Below, in pieces: positions 9,012-17,725 of a DNA stretch of 64,000 nt. Where the stretch lies: contig CAIYPD010000052.1 in the NCBI GenBank assembly GCA_903928075.1, positions 11,876 through 75,875 of the forward strand. The letters run 5' to 3'. The translations under genes were made by a program, and so were the position numbers. The notes beneath the pieces were generated by a model. The model worked only from the letters and a program-made list of their open reading frames with translations, was not told the origin of the DNA and searched no databases. This DNA is from Candidatus Firestoneibacteriota bacterium. GTDB lineage: Bacteria > Oederibacteriota > D2-FULL-39-29. Numbering within the stretch: the first letter of the stretch is position 1; every line of letters starts with the position of its first letter.

Positions 9012-10136
9012 TTATTTGTTGTTTATTTTATTCGGTTTGACTAAATCCAGCGTATCCAGGACTTTTTCTTTTTCATTATATACGACCATATGTAGACTTT
9101 TAGGCGTAACATCCACTATCGCATAATTGTACTCTTTAACAGATTTTATTACATAAGGTTTATCATTTTTTGGCGTGGCCAGGGGAGCGCCGGCTGAACC
9201 GATTATCATATGGTGTATGCCGTTCACGAAATTATGCTGATATAAATGCGAATGACCGGAGATAACCATATCGACTTTATTCGGCTCAAACAAATCTGAG
9301 GTCATTTTTTTTAATTTTTTATCCTCCTCATAATTCCCGTCAATATAAGCCGGAACATGAGTTATAACTATTTTCCATTTTTTTTTGCAGGCTTCAAGGT
9401 CGGCTTTTGCGAATTTATACTGGGCATTTTCGGCAGCAACGGATAATTCCGTGTTTAAAGCAAGCACATGAATATCCCCGTAATCAAAGGAATAGTATTT
9501 TTGCAGGCCGGAAGCTGATTCCGGGGCTTCCGTAAAAGAGTAGGTGTTTCTGCCGTTTCCTTCATGATTGCCGACAGTATTAAAAAAAGGCACCTCCGCT
9601 ATCAAGGCAAGTTCATTTTTAAGAAAAAACTCATTTTTAAAAAAATCATAACTGCCGTTCTGGCAAAGATCCCCGCCATAAAGCGAAAACCGTGGCTTTG
9701 CTTTCTTAATATTTGCGGCAATGATATCGTGAATCTCTGTACCGGTCCTGCAGTCAGCCATCCAGGCAAACCGGAAATTAACGCCTTCTTCCACGGCTGT
9801 ATTAAAGGTATAGTCCTGTGATGCCTCTTTTGCCTGCAACGCCCTATAATGATACAGTTTTCCAGGCTTTAATCCTTTCAACTTAACCTTGTGGACATAA
9901 GTGACTTTTTCCGCCAGGGTTGTAGAAATACTCGCTGCTGTCTGCAAGCTGCCATATTTATTGTCCGGGCCGTACTCAACTGTTGCTACTTCCGGGCTGT
10001 CGCATTCAACAAGAATATAAATACTGTCTTTTTGAACAGCCTGAAGGTAGGGGCTCATGAGCATAGAGGAAAGCGCATTCGACGAGAAAAGCAGAATTAA
10101 AAGTAATATCAAGGTATTAGAAATACTTTGTTTCAT
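9012..10136 (-). CDS. Secreted purple-acid-phosphatase-like metallophosphoesterase (tandem paralog)
   Basis: Same motifs (ADCR, GGDL, GNHE, SGHSH); long peptide stretches identical to 7830-8939. Confidence 0.88.
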   Translation of the reverse strand: MKQSISNTLILLLILLFSSNALSSMLMSPYLQAVQKDSIYILVECDSPEVATVEYGPDNKYGSLQTAASISTTLAEKVTYVHKVKLKGLKPGKLYHYRALQAKEASQDYTFNTAVEEGVNFRFAWMADCRTGTEIHDIIAANIKKAKPRFSLYGGDLCQNGSYDFFKNEFFLKNELALIAEVPFFNTVGNHEGNGRNTYSFTEAPESASGLQKYYSFDYGDIHVLALNTELSVAAENAQYKFAKADLEACKKKWKIVITHVPAYIDGNYEEDKKLKKMTSDLFEPNKVDMVISGHSHLYQHNFVNGIHHMIIGSAGAPLATPKNDKPYVIKSVKEYNYAIVDVTPKSLHMVVYNEKEKVLDTLDLVKPNKINNK

Positions 10137-10165
10137 AGACTTCCTTGCCGGGTGTTTTAATCCGG

Positions 10166-11092
10166 CTAATTTAGCGGCTTGCCGGCCAGAGGCGGGTCTA
10201 ATTTATCAAGCGCAATGTTAAACTGCTTAAGTATGGTGGGTGTTATATCGGCCTGGGTCCCGCTATTTTTAACTGTTTTGTCATTTGTAGCCAGAAAAAT
10301 ATCAGGCGCATCCGGATGATTATTCGTCCCTTCATTAAATCCGTGATCAGCAGTAACATAAATAAGGGTCTTGCCGTAAATATTTAACACTTTAAGCTTT
10401 GAGATTATTTTTCCGACCAGAAGATCGCAGTTAACAAGGGCCCCGGTATAATCCGCAGAACCTTCCCCGAAGGAATGTCCGGAGGTATCCGGATCGGCAA
10501 AATGAAAAAACATAAAAAACCTTTTATCTTTATAGTTTTCAATGTATTCAAGGCCCTTGCCGGTCACAGTTTCGGCGTCATTTACAGAGCCCCCAAACCA
10601 GGAATCCAGCTGTTTTTTTGCGTTAAAGTAAGGTTCACCTTTTTGAAGATACTTCGGCAGCTTTTTATCCTGAAGTGCCTCCGGGCCCAGCGCCCCGAGA
10701 TATTTCGATTTCCCCATCAGAGCCACGGCGACAATGTTTTCTTTTCCCAGACCCTTTTTAAGTCTTTCAAATATAGTGTACCCTTCCGGAATGGGCTCGT
10801 ACCTTTCATTATTGGTAATTTTATTTACCTTACTGGTAAGTCCCGTCAACATTTGCGCATGCCCGGCGCTGGTAACCGTGCCATGCCCCGTAACCTGAAT
10901 AGAAACAAAAGCGCCTTCTTCTTTCAGGGTTTGCAGGGCCGGTAATTTTTTTTCAGCCATAAGCGCTTCGACACGCTTCCTTCCGGCACCGTCCCAGGAA
11001 ACGAGAATTGCATTATAGGTCTCAGCCGATACAAAAACTACAAGAAGTAGAAATAGAAGCAGCGACTTTACAAAATCATAACGCAGTTTCAC
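10166..11092 (-). CDS. Alkaline phosphatase superfamily protein
   Basis: SWDG, TVTSAGH (Thr nucleophile), DTSGH and TADHG. Start proposed at GTG 11092 behind AAGGA; the ORF track start is 11155. Confidence 0.8.
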   Translation of the reverse strand: MKLRYDFVKSLLLFLLLVVFVSAETYNAILVSWDGAGRKRVEALMAEKKLPALQTLKEEGAFVSIQVTGHGTVTSAGHAQMLTGLTSKVNKITNNERYEPIPEGYTIFERLKKGLGKENIVAVALMGKSKYLGALGPEALQDKKLPKYLQKGEPYFNAKKQLDSWFGGSVNDAETVTGKGLEYIENYKDKRFFMFFHFADPDTSGHSFGEGSADYTGALVNCDLLVGKIISKLKVLNIYGKTLIYVTADHGFNEGTNNHPDAPDIFLATNDKTVKNSGTQADITPTILKQFNIALDKLDPPLAGKPLN

Positions 11093-11185
11093 AATAAGTT
11101 TCCTTTTAGAGAAGATGACAAGAACACAAGACTGAAGCAAGAAAATTAATTTCACATATTTTTTGATATCTTTTATTCTTCTTTT

Positions 11186-12007
11186 CTAATAAATCTTCAA
11201 TACTTTCTTCATTAGAAGGGAAAAGGGTATTACCAGAATCATATAACCTACGATCCAGGCCTGCATAACCCATATTCCCGGAACAAAGCCGAATAATTTA
11301 TATTCTTTTGAAACACTCTCAATTACATCAATTCCGCCGTCAGAATAAAACATTACAGGCTCGGCGTACTTTAATCCGTCGACGATAAGTTCTTTGTTGA
11401 AAGTTTTACCGTTAAAACGGAGGACCAGAGAATAAGGCTTGCTTGTTTTTTCACAGAGCAACTTCCACTCCGCAACCCCGTTAATTACCGCCCCTGTGGT
11501 TTTATCTACATCTTCTTTCACCTTTTCTATCCAGCCATTCTCAGGTTTTACTCCGTTTTGAGGAAGCATATGAACATAAGAACCGATACTTGAAACAGGA
11601 AAGTAGGCCTTGACAGCTACAGGTTTTGACGGGTCTGATGGTAGATAGGCAATACGGGTAAAACACCAGATTGCCACAAGCGAAATAGGAATAAGCGAAG
11701 CCAGCAGGGGCTTTCCTTCCGCTTGAAAGATCTTCATTTCAACCTGCTGTTTGGTCGAACGGTATCTAGCCAGGGCTTCTTTATCTTTTTTCTTTTTGGC
11801 TTCCTTGATAAGCGCCGCAAGGCGAATCTTGTCCTCATCGCTGCGTTTTAAGTGTTCCTGGTTTGTAGAAAATAACCTGACCAGCGTAAGGATAAGCGCA
11901 GTACCGGTGCCTACAATAAACAGTGTTAAATCTCTCGGCAGATAGAGTAACCAGCCAAAAAGAAAATCAGTAATAGACATACAGATTATCGTAAGGGTGT
12001 TAAGCAT
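11186..12007 (-). CDS. EMC3/TMCO1 (DUF106)-like membrane protein, Oxa1 superfamily candidate
   Basis: TM helix, basic coiled coil (EDKIRLAALIKEAKKKKDKEALARYRSTKQQ), TM KPLLASLIPISLVAIW, soluble insert and terminal TM WIVGYMILVIPFSLLMKKVL. ATG 12007 has an AAGGAGG RBS. Confidence 0.65.
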   Translation of the reverse strand: MLNTLTIICMSITDFLFGWLLYLPRDLTLFIVGTGTALILTLVRLFSTNQEHLKRSDEDKIRLAALIKEAKKKKDKEALARYRSTKQQVEMKIFQAEGKPLLASLIPISLVAIWCFTRIAYLPSDPSKPVAVKAYFPVSSIGSYVHMLPQNGVKPENGWIEKVKEDVDKTTGAVINGVAEWKLLCEKTSKPYSLVLRFNGKTFNKELIVDGLKYAEPVMFYSDGGIDVIESVSKEYKLFGFVPGIWVMQAWIVGYMILVIPFSLLMKKVLKIY

Positions 12008-14786
12008 TGCCTTCCTCCTTGATAATGGAAATGTGTCCCGTGTCACCGTTTACCTGGACTTTGGAGCCGTCTTTAATAATTGAGGTGGCATCCGAACAAG
12101 CCACAGCAGGTATGCCAAAATCCCGGGCCGTAATAGCCCCGTGGGAAAGTATTCCGCCGCGGTCCACCACGAGCCCTTTTATCGTAATAAAGAGCGCCGT
12201 CCAGCTGGGATCAGTCGAGGGGCAGACCAGGATACAATCGTCGCCCAGGTTTTTTGCGTCCCCGGGATGATAAATAATATGTGCCGTTCCCACAACCACA
12301 CCGCCGGAAAGCGAAACACCGGTCATCTCATTTGTGGAAGCAAATACCCTGGGAAGGCCGAGTTCGTCCAGCTTTGCGGAATTAATAACATCCGGAAGAT
12401 CCAGTTGTTGATAGGCTTCCCAGCGCACTTTCCGTTTTTCTATTTCTTCCGTCAGTTTTTCCGTATTAGCCTCAAAACCGGTAAGTTCGTTAAGCTGAAG
12501 ATAAAATACATCGTTACCGATGTTCCAGCGCCGGCCGAGTTCCAGGAGAACCATACGAATCTGCTCATAACCCTGCATAAGATAATGTTTGCCGATTTCG
12601 CGGTATGGCAATAAAGTCTGCGCCTCTCTCGCAAGTTCTTCTATATCTTCCCGGAGGGAACTGGCCCCGAGCGGGGCAAGCACCGTTTGCAGGGTTTTCA
12701 TCGCTTCTTCCCTTTTTTCTTTTCCTGTTTCGTGCATTTTTTCCGGGGAATAACCTTCATTTGTTTTCTGGCTTTCGATTATCTGTTTTAAATAACCCGC
12801 ATCTTCGTTCCAGCGGGGTTCTGCAAGTTCCATCTCCCCGACTGCGCGGTGGCCGAATTTTTCCAGAAAATCTTTCAGTTCCGCCTTACCTTTTGAAACT
12901 TTATAGAGCATTATATTTTGCTCCATCGTAGAGTCGTTCTCCAGGCCCGAAGTAAGCACCTGGCAGTACTTTGGCCCTTCAACGGTTCCCATTATCTGAA
13001 CCAGCATATTTTCCAGCTGGGCCAGCGCAGTACCGCCGAAAAATCCCGGCTTTAAGGACTCCTTTCCAAAATCCGTCATAATATGCGAGATACGGTACTG
13101 CAGCTCTTTTACAACTTCAGCAGTTTTTAATTTTGTCAGATTCTGTTTTTCTTTTTCTTTAAGATAAGCAACATACGCGGGCAAAATCTCTTTATCAAAG
13201 ATCTCCCGGGAATGAAGTCTTGCTTTTTTCATTATTCTGGACGAACGGATCATCGCTATAACCGTTCCCGGCAAGCGGAGCAAGAAGGCCTGATCTGCTT
13301 TTTTTGCATCAAATTTCTTAGGCGCAGCCTGGAGAATGAGAGGATCATTTAAAACCTCTTCCTGGTCATAGTAAAACGGGAAACCCTTCCAGAAGAGCTC
13401 GGGAACCCGGTCTGAATCTGCGTAGATCCTGCCGCAAAGCAAGTCTAAGAAACCTTCTTCACAAACGACCTGGCTGGGACGGTAGCCAAAATCCTGGTAC
13501 ATCATACCAAAACCACCGTTACCGCTCATAAACTCTTTTATAATATCCCAGGTCATAGGCGTGGGTGTAGTCAGGGTCTCAGCAAGATTGTGCACAATCC
13601 AAACCTTGCTTTTTTCTTTCGCCAGTTCCTTTATCCGCGCAACCTCTTCGAGGCGGCTTCTTTCTAAGGCTTTTTTAGCCTCCAGACCTTTAATGGAGCG
13701 GGACTGCAGGAGTGAAAATTTACCGTTTTCGAGGCCCCATTCTATATCTACCGCAACTTTGAAATAGTCTTCCACTTTCAAAGAGATGCAGGCTAGCTCA
13801 GCCACTTGTTCTTCCGTAAGCGATGCCGCATGGGGATCCAGTACCTTCATACTTTGCCCCAGGCCGGCAACAATAAAAGATTTATTTCCCAGGGTGGTTT
13901 CTTTTATCTTCATAGTGGTGCGGTCCAGCACAAATCTATCCGGGGTGACATTACCGGAAACAATGGACTCGCCCAGGCCGTAGGTACTTTCTATAATAAT
14001 CTCATTGGCCTCGGGATTTACCGGATTAGCGGTAAAGGTGATACCCGAAACCTCCGAGTTAAACATCTGTTGAATATTAACCGCTGTGCCTTCCATGTTT
14101 TCCATACCGTGCGCTTTACGGTAAATCTTAGCCCGTTCGTTGTTCCAGGACTCAAAGACCGCATTAACACACTGGAGCAGAGACTCCCAGGGATCTAGCG
14201 GGAATTTTTTGCCGGTTTCTTTTTCATAAAGTTTAATATAACCCAGCGCCGCGGTTTTTTCGGGATCTTTGCCGCTTTTTGCTGCCTTCACGATTTCTTC
14301 GAACGGTTCGGAGGGTAGTTTTGCCACCGTCTCAGCAAATTGCAGGATGAACTGGGCATAGACCGACCAGAACTGGGGCTTATCCGAAACCTCCGCTTCA
14401 AGTTCCGGGCTTAGACCGCAATTTAAAATAGTATCCATCATCCCGGGCATGGATTTCGCCGCGCCTGAACGGACGGAAACCAACAGAGGTTTTTTTCCTT
14501 TACCAAAGGTTTTTCCGGAAACTTTTTCGAGCCGGGCCATATATTTCTTCAGATTTGCTTCAAGTCCTTCAGGCCATTTCTCGTTATTTTCATGATAGTA
14601 TTTACAGCAGTCGATAGAAAGCGTGAAGCCGGGCGGAATAGGAAGTCCGGCCTTACTCATGGAAGCAAGACTTGAGCCTTTCCCTCCCAGCACATGTTTA
14701 TGTTCCGGGTTACCTTCACAGCTCCCTTCGCCAAAAAAGAAGATATTGCCGTTAAAACCGGCTATTTTGTTTTTGGTTTCAGGCAT
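12000..14786 (-). CDS. PEP-utilizer-family dikinase with rifampin phosphotransferase/PigC-type architecture (ATP-grasp, substrate domain, His swivel)
   Basis: GGKG..L, LLVSVRSGA..SMPGMMDT, YGLGESIVSG, DIEW..LLQSR, FGHRAVGEMELAEPRW and C-terminal LSHGAITARDFGIP. No pyruvate-binding barrel. ATG 14786 has an AAGGAGG RBS. Confidence 0.85.
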   Translation of the reverse strand: MPETKNKIAGFNGNIFFFGEGSCEGNPEHKHVLGGKGSSLASMSKAGLPIPPGFTLSIDCCKYYHENNEKWPEGLEANLKKYMARLEKVSGKTFGKGKKPLLVSVRSGAAKSMPGMMDTILNCGLSPELEAEVSDKPQFWSVYAQFILQFAETVAKLPSEPFEEIVKAAKSGKDPEKTAALGYIKLYEKETGKKFPLDPWESLLQCVNAVFESWNNERAKIYRKAHGMENMEGTAVNIQQMFNSEVSGITFTANPVNPEANEIIIESTYGLGESIVSGNVTPDRFVLDRTTMKIKETTLGNKSFIVAGLGQSMKVLDPHAASLTEEQVAELACISLKVEDYFKVAVDIEWGLENGKFSLLQSRSIKGLEAKKALERSRLEEVARIKELAKEKSKVWIVHNLAETLTTPTPMTWDIIKEFMSGNGGFGMMYQDFGYRPSQVVCEEGFLDLLCGRIYADSDRVPELFWKGFPFYYDQEEVLNDPLILQAAPKKFDAKKADQAFLLRLPGTVIAMIRSSRIMKKARLHSREIFDKEILPAYVAYLKEKEKQNLTKLKTAEVVKELQYRISHIMTDFGKESLKPGFFGGTALAQLENMLVQIMGTVEGPKYCQVLTSGLENDSTMEQNIMLYKVSKGKAELKDFLEKFGHRAVGEMELAEPRWNEDAGYLKQIIESQKTNEGYSPEKMHETGKEKREEAMKTLQTVLAPLGASSLREDIEELAREAQTLLPYREIGKHYLMQGYEQIRMVLLELGRRWNIGNDVFYLQLNELTGFEANTEKLTEEIEKRKVRWEAYQQLDLPDVINSAKLDELGLPRVFASTNEMTGVSLSGGVVVGTAHIIYHPGDAKNLGDDCILVCPSTDPSWTALFITIKGLVVDRGGILSHGAITARDFGIPAVACSDATSIIKDGSKVQVNGDTGHISIIKEEGNA

Positions 14787-17416
14787 ATAAAGCCCTCCTT
14801 GTCTGTCGCAAAATAGATACTCGACTCCACCATGATCATGGGGGTCGTCATAACTCCGGGCCAGGAAGCGCGAATCTTTGACCACTGCGCACTCTTTCCC
14901 GATTTCAAATCATAAGCCAGAATAGATTCTTTTGCCCCGTAAAGGAGCATATCCTCAAGAAGTAAAGGCGGGAAGTTGCCGAGAGCTTTTTGATCTTTAA
15001 TCCTTGGCATTTCAATACCCTTCTCGGTATCTATTATAACCACTTCTCCGTTCTCCGTTACACAGGCCAGGCGGTCAAGATTAAAGACCAGAGGGCTGGA
15101 AACAGCGCCGCATTTAATTGAATGAACCAATTTACCGGCAGGTAAGTCATAGCTTCTTACCCCGCCCGTCTCGCCCACCCAAATCAGGCCTTTTGCAAAA
15201 ACCGGCCCGGTTTTAGGTGCAGAAGTAAGAGGCTTTTTCCAAAGTGTCACGCCCGCTTCCAGATCAAGAGCAACAAGCACTGCGTTCTTATCTTTAGTTG
15301 CAACAGCAATTACGATATCTTCGGTAAATGCAGGCGCACCGGTTAAGGCGCCGGCCTCCGTTTTCCACAATTCCTTTTTTACCGCCGGCGTTTTGATATC
15401 CAAACAGGAAAGGCCTTTATTTGTATCGGCAATAAGAAGTTTTTCTTTGGCAATAACAAACTCCCCGCTGCCGTCACCTACGGTATACTGCCAGAGTTCT
15501 TTACCTGTCTTAGGCTCCAAACAATGCAGGGCGCGGTTTTTATCGAAAGCACGGCCGTCGACAAAAAATACCGCTTCCTCGTTTAGCGCTGCGGAAATAT
15601 AGACCGGGTTTTTCGCCGGCGCAAACCACTCGCGGACCGGGGGAGAACCTGCTTTTTCCCCGCTCTTAAGTTTTACCAGACCAAAACCGGTTTTTTCCTT
15701 GGAGGCAAGGTAAAAGGCACCTTTGAGATAAGCGCCCGGAGTATGAATTAAAGACAGACTTTCTTCGGAATCTTTTGGTGCACCCGGATAACCCCAGGCA
15801 TATTCACCTCGCGGGGGAAGCAGGCTTCCGTCCAACCAGCCGGACTTACCCATCCCGCCCAGACTTCCTGCCCAAAGAGCCTTTTTCTCTTCCCCACCCG
15901 GCTGACCTACGCATAAAAGGCCATTATTAGTAGTTCCAATATAGATGTGCCCCAGAGCCACCGCAGGGGAACTCATAGTCGGGGAATTAAGTGCAATGTT
16001 CCAGGCCGGAAGAAAACTTTTCTTGTCTATGCCCCAAATCTGGCCTGCTTCGGTAACTATATAGACATTTTCGGTCCCGATAGCCGGAGAAGTAACAAGC
16101 GGCGCGTGCGCGTTCCACTTGCGGAGCAATTTCCCTTCGGTGGATATGGAATAAATATTTTTATCCCGTGATCCAAAATAAAGAACATCCCCGTCCACGG
16201 CGACAGAACCTAATACCGTGTCAGCAACCGTAAACTTCCAGGCCACCTCGTGACTTAAAAGATCAATACACCAGATCTCGCCGATGGGTTTTATATCCTT
16301 TACTGCTTTTTGAATTTCCGCAGCACTTTTGCCTTCTTTTTCAAGTTTCAATCTGAGATTACTCGCAACAACTTCCGCGGTGTTTACAAAATCTCCGTGC
16401 CCCATTCCGACATATAGTTTATTTTTCGAGATTGAGGGACTGCCAAAGACAGGATACGGCGTTTTTATCTTCCATAGTTCCTTACCGGTAGCAGCATCCG
16501 CGCAAACCACTGCCTGCCCGTCTATACCCAGGCAAAAATACACCTTGCCTTCATATGCCACAGGGGAAGACTCGCAATCAGGATAGTCTTTAGCCTCTAG
16601 GTGCCAGAGAAGCCGGGCATTGCCGTCTTTATCAGGCTCAAGATTAAAGCAGTACAAACCATCACTGCCGGCGCCGACATAAACCTTGCCATCGGCAATA
16701 CAAGGAGAGGATTCGACATGACTCTTAGTCCGGAAAGACCAGAGTTTAACACCTTCGCGTTTTTTTTCGCTTTGTTCTATATCCAGACAAAAGACCCGGG
16801 CATCCGAGACAAAATGCAAACCTTCACCCACAACCAGATATTTGCCAGAAACAGAAGGAGAAGAGAAGGTGGCCCGGTAACCTGCCTGATAAGACCAAAC
16901 CATCTTGCCGGTCTCGGCATCAATGCTATAAATTGCCCCATTATTTTTGAAAAATTCATAACGCGCAGAAGTGCTGTACAAACGGTTACCTATCACACCG
17001 GGCGAAGAATAGAATGTTTTAATACCGTCATACGAAAAGGCCCAGTTAACTTTACCGCTAAGCGGGTCTTTTGCGCCGGGCACCGAACCTTTGCGTTCAA
17101 GGCCGCCGCGAAACATCGACCATTCGGTTTTACCTTCCCCGATTGAGGCCTTTGAAACTGTCCCCTTCCACATAACAGAATAAAACCGGGTGCCGCCAAA
17201 GATAACCAGCACAATAATAACAACCGCTATCTTTTGAGCCCATAGAAGATGCAATAATTTTTTCAGTGTAGAAGGCTTAAAGAGAGAGAGCAGGAGGCTC
17301 CCTATCGCGATCATGATAGCCGGCAGGAGGGCAATAAGCGCCTGCAGTGGGCCTACAAGAATCGGAACAACAGCTACTGAATTTTCAGTCAGCTTCAGCA
17401 CAACAGATAAATTCAT
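14762..17416 (-). CDS. Membrane-anchored PQQ-type (BamB-like) beta-propeller repeat protein, probably two propellers
   Basis: N-terminal hydrophobic helices, WSMFRG.., and many SSP...G.VY.G / DA.TGK.LW repeats; a second propeller begins near WAGSLGG. Confidence 0.85.
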   Translation of the reverse strand: MNLSVVLKLTENSVAVVPILVGPLQALIALLPAIMIAIGSLLLSLFKPSTLKKLLHLLWAQKIAVVIIVLVIFGGTRFYSVMWKGTVSKASIGEGKTEWSMFRGGLERKGSVPGAKDPLSGKVNWAFSYDGIKTFYSSPGVIGNRLYSTSARYEFFKNNGAIYSIDAETGKMVWSYQAGYRATFSSPSVSGKYLVVGEGLHFVSDARVFCLDIEQSEKKREGVKLWSFRTKSHVESSPCIADGKVYVGAGSDGLYCFNLEPDKDGNARLLWHLEAKDYPDCESSPVAYEGKVYFCLGIDGQAVVCADAATGKELWKIKTPYPVFGSPSISKNKLYVGMGHGDFVNTAEVVASNLRLKLEKEGKSAAEIQKAVKDIKPIGEIWCIDLLSHEVAWKFTVADTVLGSVAVDGDVLYFGSRDKNIYSISTEGKLLRKWNAHAPLVTSPAIGTENVYIVTEAGQIWGIDKKSFLPAWNIALNSPTMSSPAVALGHIYIGTTNNGLLCVGQPGGEEKKALWAGSLGGMGKSGWLDGSLLPPRGEYAWGYPGAPKDSEESLSLIHTPGAYLKGAFYLASKEKTGFGLVKLKSGEKAGSPPVREWFAPAKNPVYISAALNEEAVFFVDGRAFDKNRALHCLEPKTGKELWQYTVGDGSGEFVIAKEKLLIADTNKGLSCLDIKTPAVKKELWKTEAGALTGAPAFTEDIVIAVATKDKNAVLVALDLEAGVTLWKKPLTSAPKTGPVFAKGLIWVGETGGVRSYDLPAGKLVHSIKCGAVSSPLVFNLDRLACVTENGEVVIIDTEKGIEMPRIKDQKALGNFPPLLLEDMLLYGAKESILAYDLKSGKSAQWSKIRASWPGVMTTPMIMVESSIYFATDKEGFICLKPKTK

Positions 17417-17442
17417 AACTCTTCTCCTTTTAGAACAAGATT

Positions 17443-17476
17443 CTCCGCTCTTGGCGAAATCTCACCAAAGGTGAAC
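17443..17476. repeat. REP-like double-hairpin element, copy B (degenerate)
   Basis: CTCCGCTCTTGGCGAAATCTCACCAAAGGTGAAC; a single hairpin unit TCCGCCCAGGCGGA also lies at 17531-17544. Confidence 0.75.
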
Positions 17477-17484
17477 ACTAAAAA

Positions 17485-17669
17485 AATATCCTACAAAGAT
17501 TTTAAACCTTACGCTGCTAAAAGCGCAGCTTCCGCCCAGGCGGATGCTCAAATATCATAATATTTACATTTTTGAAGGCAGCTACACAAATATCCTTCCA
17601 CGATTTTAGACCTTATAAATCTTACGAACCTTAAAAACCTTATCTCGCTTTGTCAAAGTATTTTGACAT
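17485..17669. repeat. Two copies of AATATCC-N6-GATTTTARACCTTA with a 9-bp array
   Basis: Copies start at 17485 and 17589; the array runs 17602-17643, followed by TATTTTGACAT as at 27710. Confidence 0.75.
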
Positions 17670-17725
17670 CTATATATCATTCCTCTCGAGAAAAGCTTTG
17701 CTTATAAACTTTACTAACTCCGCGT

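Noticed and set aside
12000-14786. Calling this ppdK, ppsA or rifampin-resistance rph
   Set aside because: No C-terminal pyruvate-binding barrel, and domain architecture alone does not establish rifamycin specificity.
14762-17416. Calling this bamB or a PQQ dehydrogenase
   Set aside because: No lipobox, about twice the BamB length, TM-anchored, and no dehydrogenase catalytic features recognised.
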